Source: Octopus sinensis | Taxonomy: Eukaryota | Direction of reading: 5' to 3' | DNA length: 64,000 nucleotides | Assembly: GCF_006345805.1 (NCBI RefSeq) | Contig: NC_043004.1 | Coordinates: forward strand, 90,520,001-90,584,000 | Part shown: piece by piece, positions 62,617 through 64,000 of the stretch | Layout of the letters: every line of letters begins with the position of its first letter | Numbering within the stretch: position 1 is the first letter of the stretch | Notes under the pieces: model-generated | What the model saw: only the letters and a program-made list of their open reading frames with translations | Told to the model about the DNA's origin: nothing | The model's database searches: none | Translations under genes and position numbers: made by a program

Positions 62617-62985
62617 ATTATCACTGCCCCCTCGTTATCGAGTATAGCCATTGCATGAAGCTTAACTGTTACTGGTGCTGTGATCAAATGTGACTTTTTA
62701 GCCCAGCCAAAGATCTACAATGTCTTGTACAAAATTGGCAACTAAAACCTTTAACGGTAATAGCCGGCTGTAGTTGTAACTGGGCCTCATGTACCTTTGC
62801 ATGTCGTTTAAGTCCTCCTGCCGAATTACACTCTCTTCCACATGCCCGACAGATATGATTAGTATGGTGTTACACCACCACCAGTGGCCAGGTTGTCACT
62901 CATCTGTCTCGTTTTATGACTTTGAAGATAACTCATGAGTCCAGCTGTACTGAGGCAGGGTCTTGCACAGACATTGCATACATAT
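62617..62985 (-). mobile_element. RTE-like LINE 3' fragment with three C2H2 fingers
   Basis: [52 protein letters not shown]; 3' hairpin CTCG-ATAA-CGAG followed by simple repeat. Confidence 0.7.
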
Positions 62986-63165
62986 TGGAGCGCCACCTTT
63001 AGTTGAACACATCAACCACAGGACTTATTCTTTGTAAACCTAGTACTTATTCTATCAGTATCTTTTGCTGAACAGCTATAAGTTACGGGGATCTAAACAC
63101 AACAACATCGGTTGTCAAGCGATCGTGGGGGGATAAACATAGACACACAAATACATGCATACACT

Positions 63166-63225
<60 letters not shown>

Positions 63226-63627
63226 GCTTTCAGTTTCTGTCTACCAAATCCTCTTTTGAGGATTTGGTCAGTCCGAGGCTAATTGTACATATATATATAT
63301 TATATATAATATATAGGTGTATATATGTATATGTGTATATATATGTAAATTCTCACTTTATATATATACATGTATAGTGGTACAAATCAAATTTTTATAT
63401 ATAAAAGATGGAGGTGGAAATAGCAGAGAAGTAAGTTTAAGACATTCCAATTTAAGAGGGAATTTAATAAAAATGATATAAGAAATTATGTAAAGAAAAT
63501 ACTAGCAGTTTCAATGAATCTCATCTTAACAAATATCTGTAAAAATTTATAAAAATTCAAAGTAAATACAGTTCATTTTCTGTCTTAATTTCATGAGCAT
63601 ATCTTGAAATTTCAAGGACATATATAT

Positions 63628-63918
63628 ATCATCATCATCATCATCGTTTAACGTCCGTTCTCCATGCTAGCATGGGTTGGACGGTTTGACCGGGGATCTG
63701 GGAAGCCAGGAGGCTGCACCAGGCTCCAGTCTGATCTGGCAGTGTTTCTACAGCTGGATGCCCTTCCTAACGCCAACCACTCCGTGAGTGTAGTGGGTGC
63801 TTTTTACGTGCCTCCTGCACAGGTGCCAGGCGAGGCTGGCAACGGCCACGGTCGGATTGGTGTATTTTACGTGCCACCGGCACGGAGGCCAGTCGAGGCG
63901 GCGCTGGCATCGGCCACG
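63628..63918 (-). mobile_element. Retroposon family B
   Basis: Tail, core and two units. Confidence 0.85.
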
Positions 63919-64000
63919 TATATATATATATATATATACACATAATTATAATTAGGGTTCAACTAACTGCTTCACCACATACCGAAATTAGAAATAGGAG

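Overview
AT-rich, microsatellite- and retroposon-dense eukaryotic DNA. The repeat types suggest an octopod cephalopod (inference). The + strand carries the last seven coding exons of a focal adhesion kinase gene (FAK/PTK2-like) at 673-34076, covering the Pro-rich linker, the coiled 'EERL..QQ..EED..WL' segment and the FAT domain, all with GT-AG junctions in compatible phase. A long, probably untranslated 3' region follows. Two phase-compatible minus-strand exons near 59.5 and 62.3 kb suggest an unrecognised convergent gene. The remainder is a mosaic of modular SINE families, LINE remnants (CR1/L2-group, RTE, R4/Dong-like, Penelope-like), mariners, hAT and piggyBac-like MITEs and two non-autonomous Helitrons. 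Notable observations are a SINE-LINE pair sharing a 3' stem-loop with compensatory changes, minimal Penelope-type hammerhead ribozyme motifs in a FAK intron, a candidate 36-nt FAK microexon, pre-miRNA-sized hairpins and a VNTR-bearing retroposon with no tRNA head. Most listed ORFs are repeat artefacts. Repeat boundaries are approximate unless a TSD or TIR is given.
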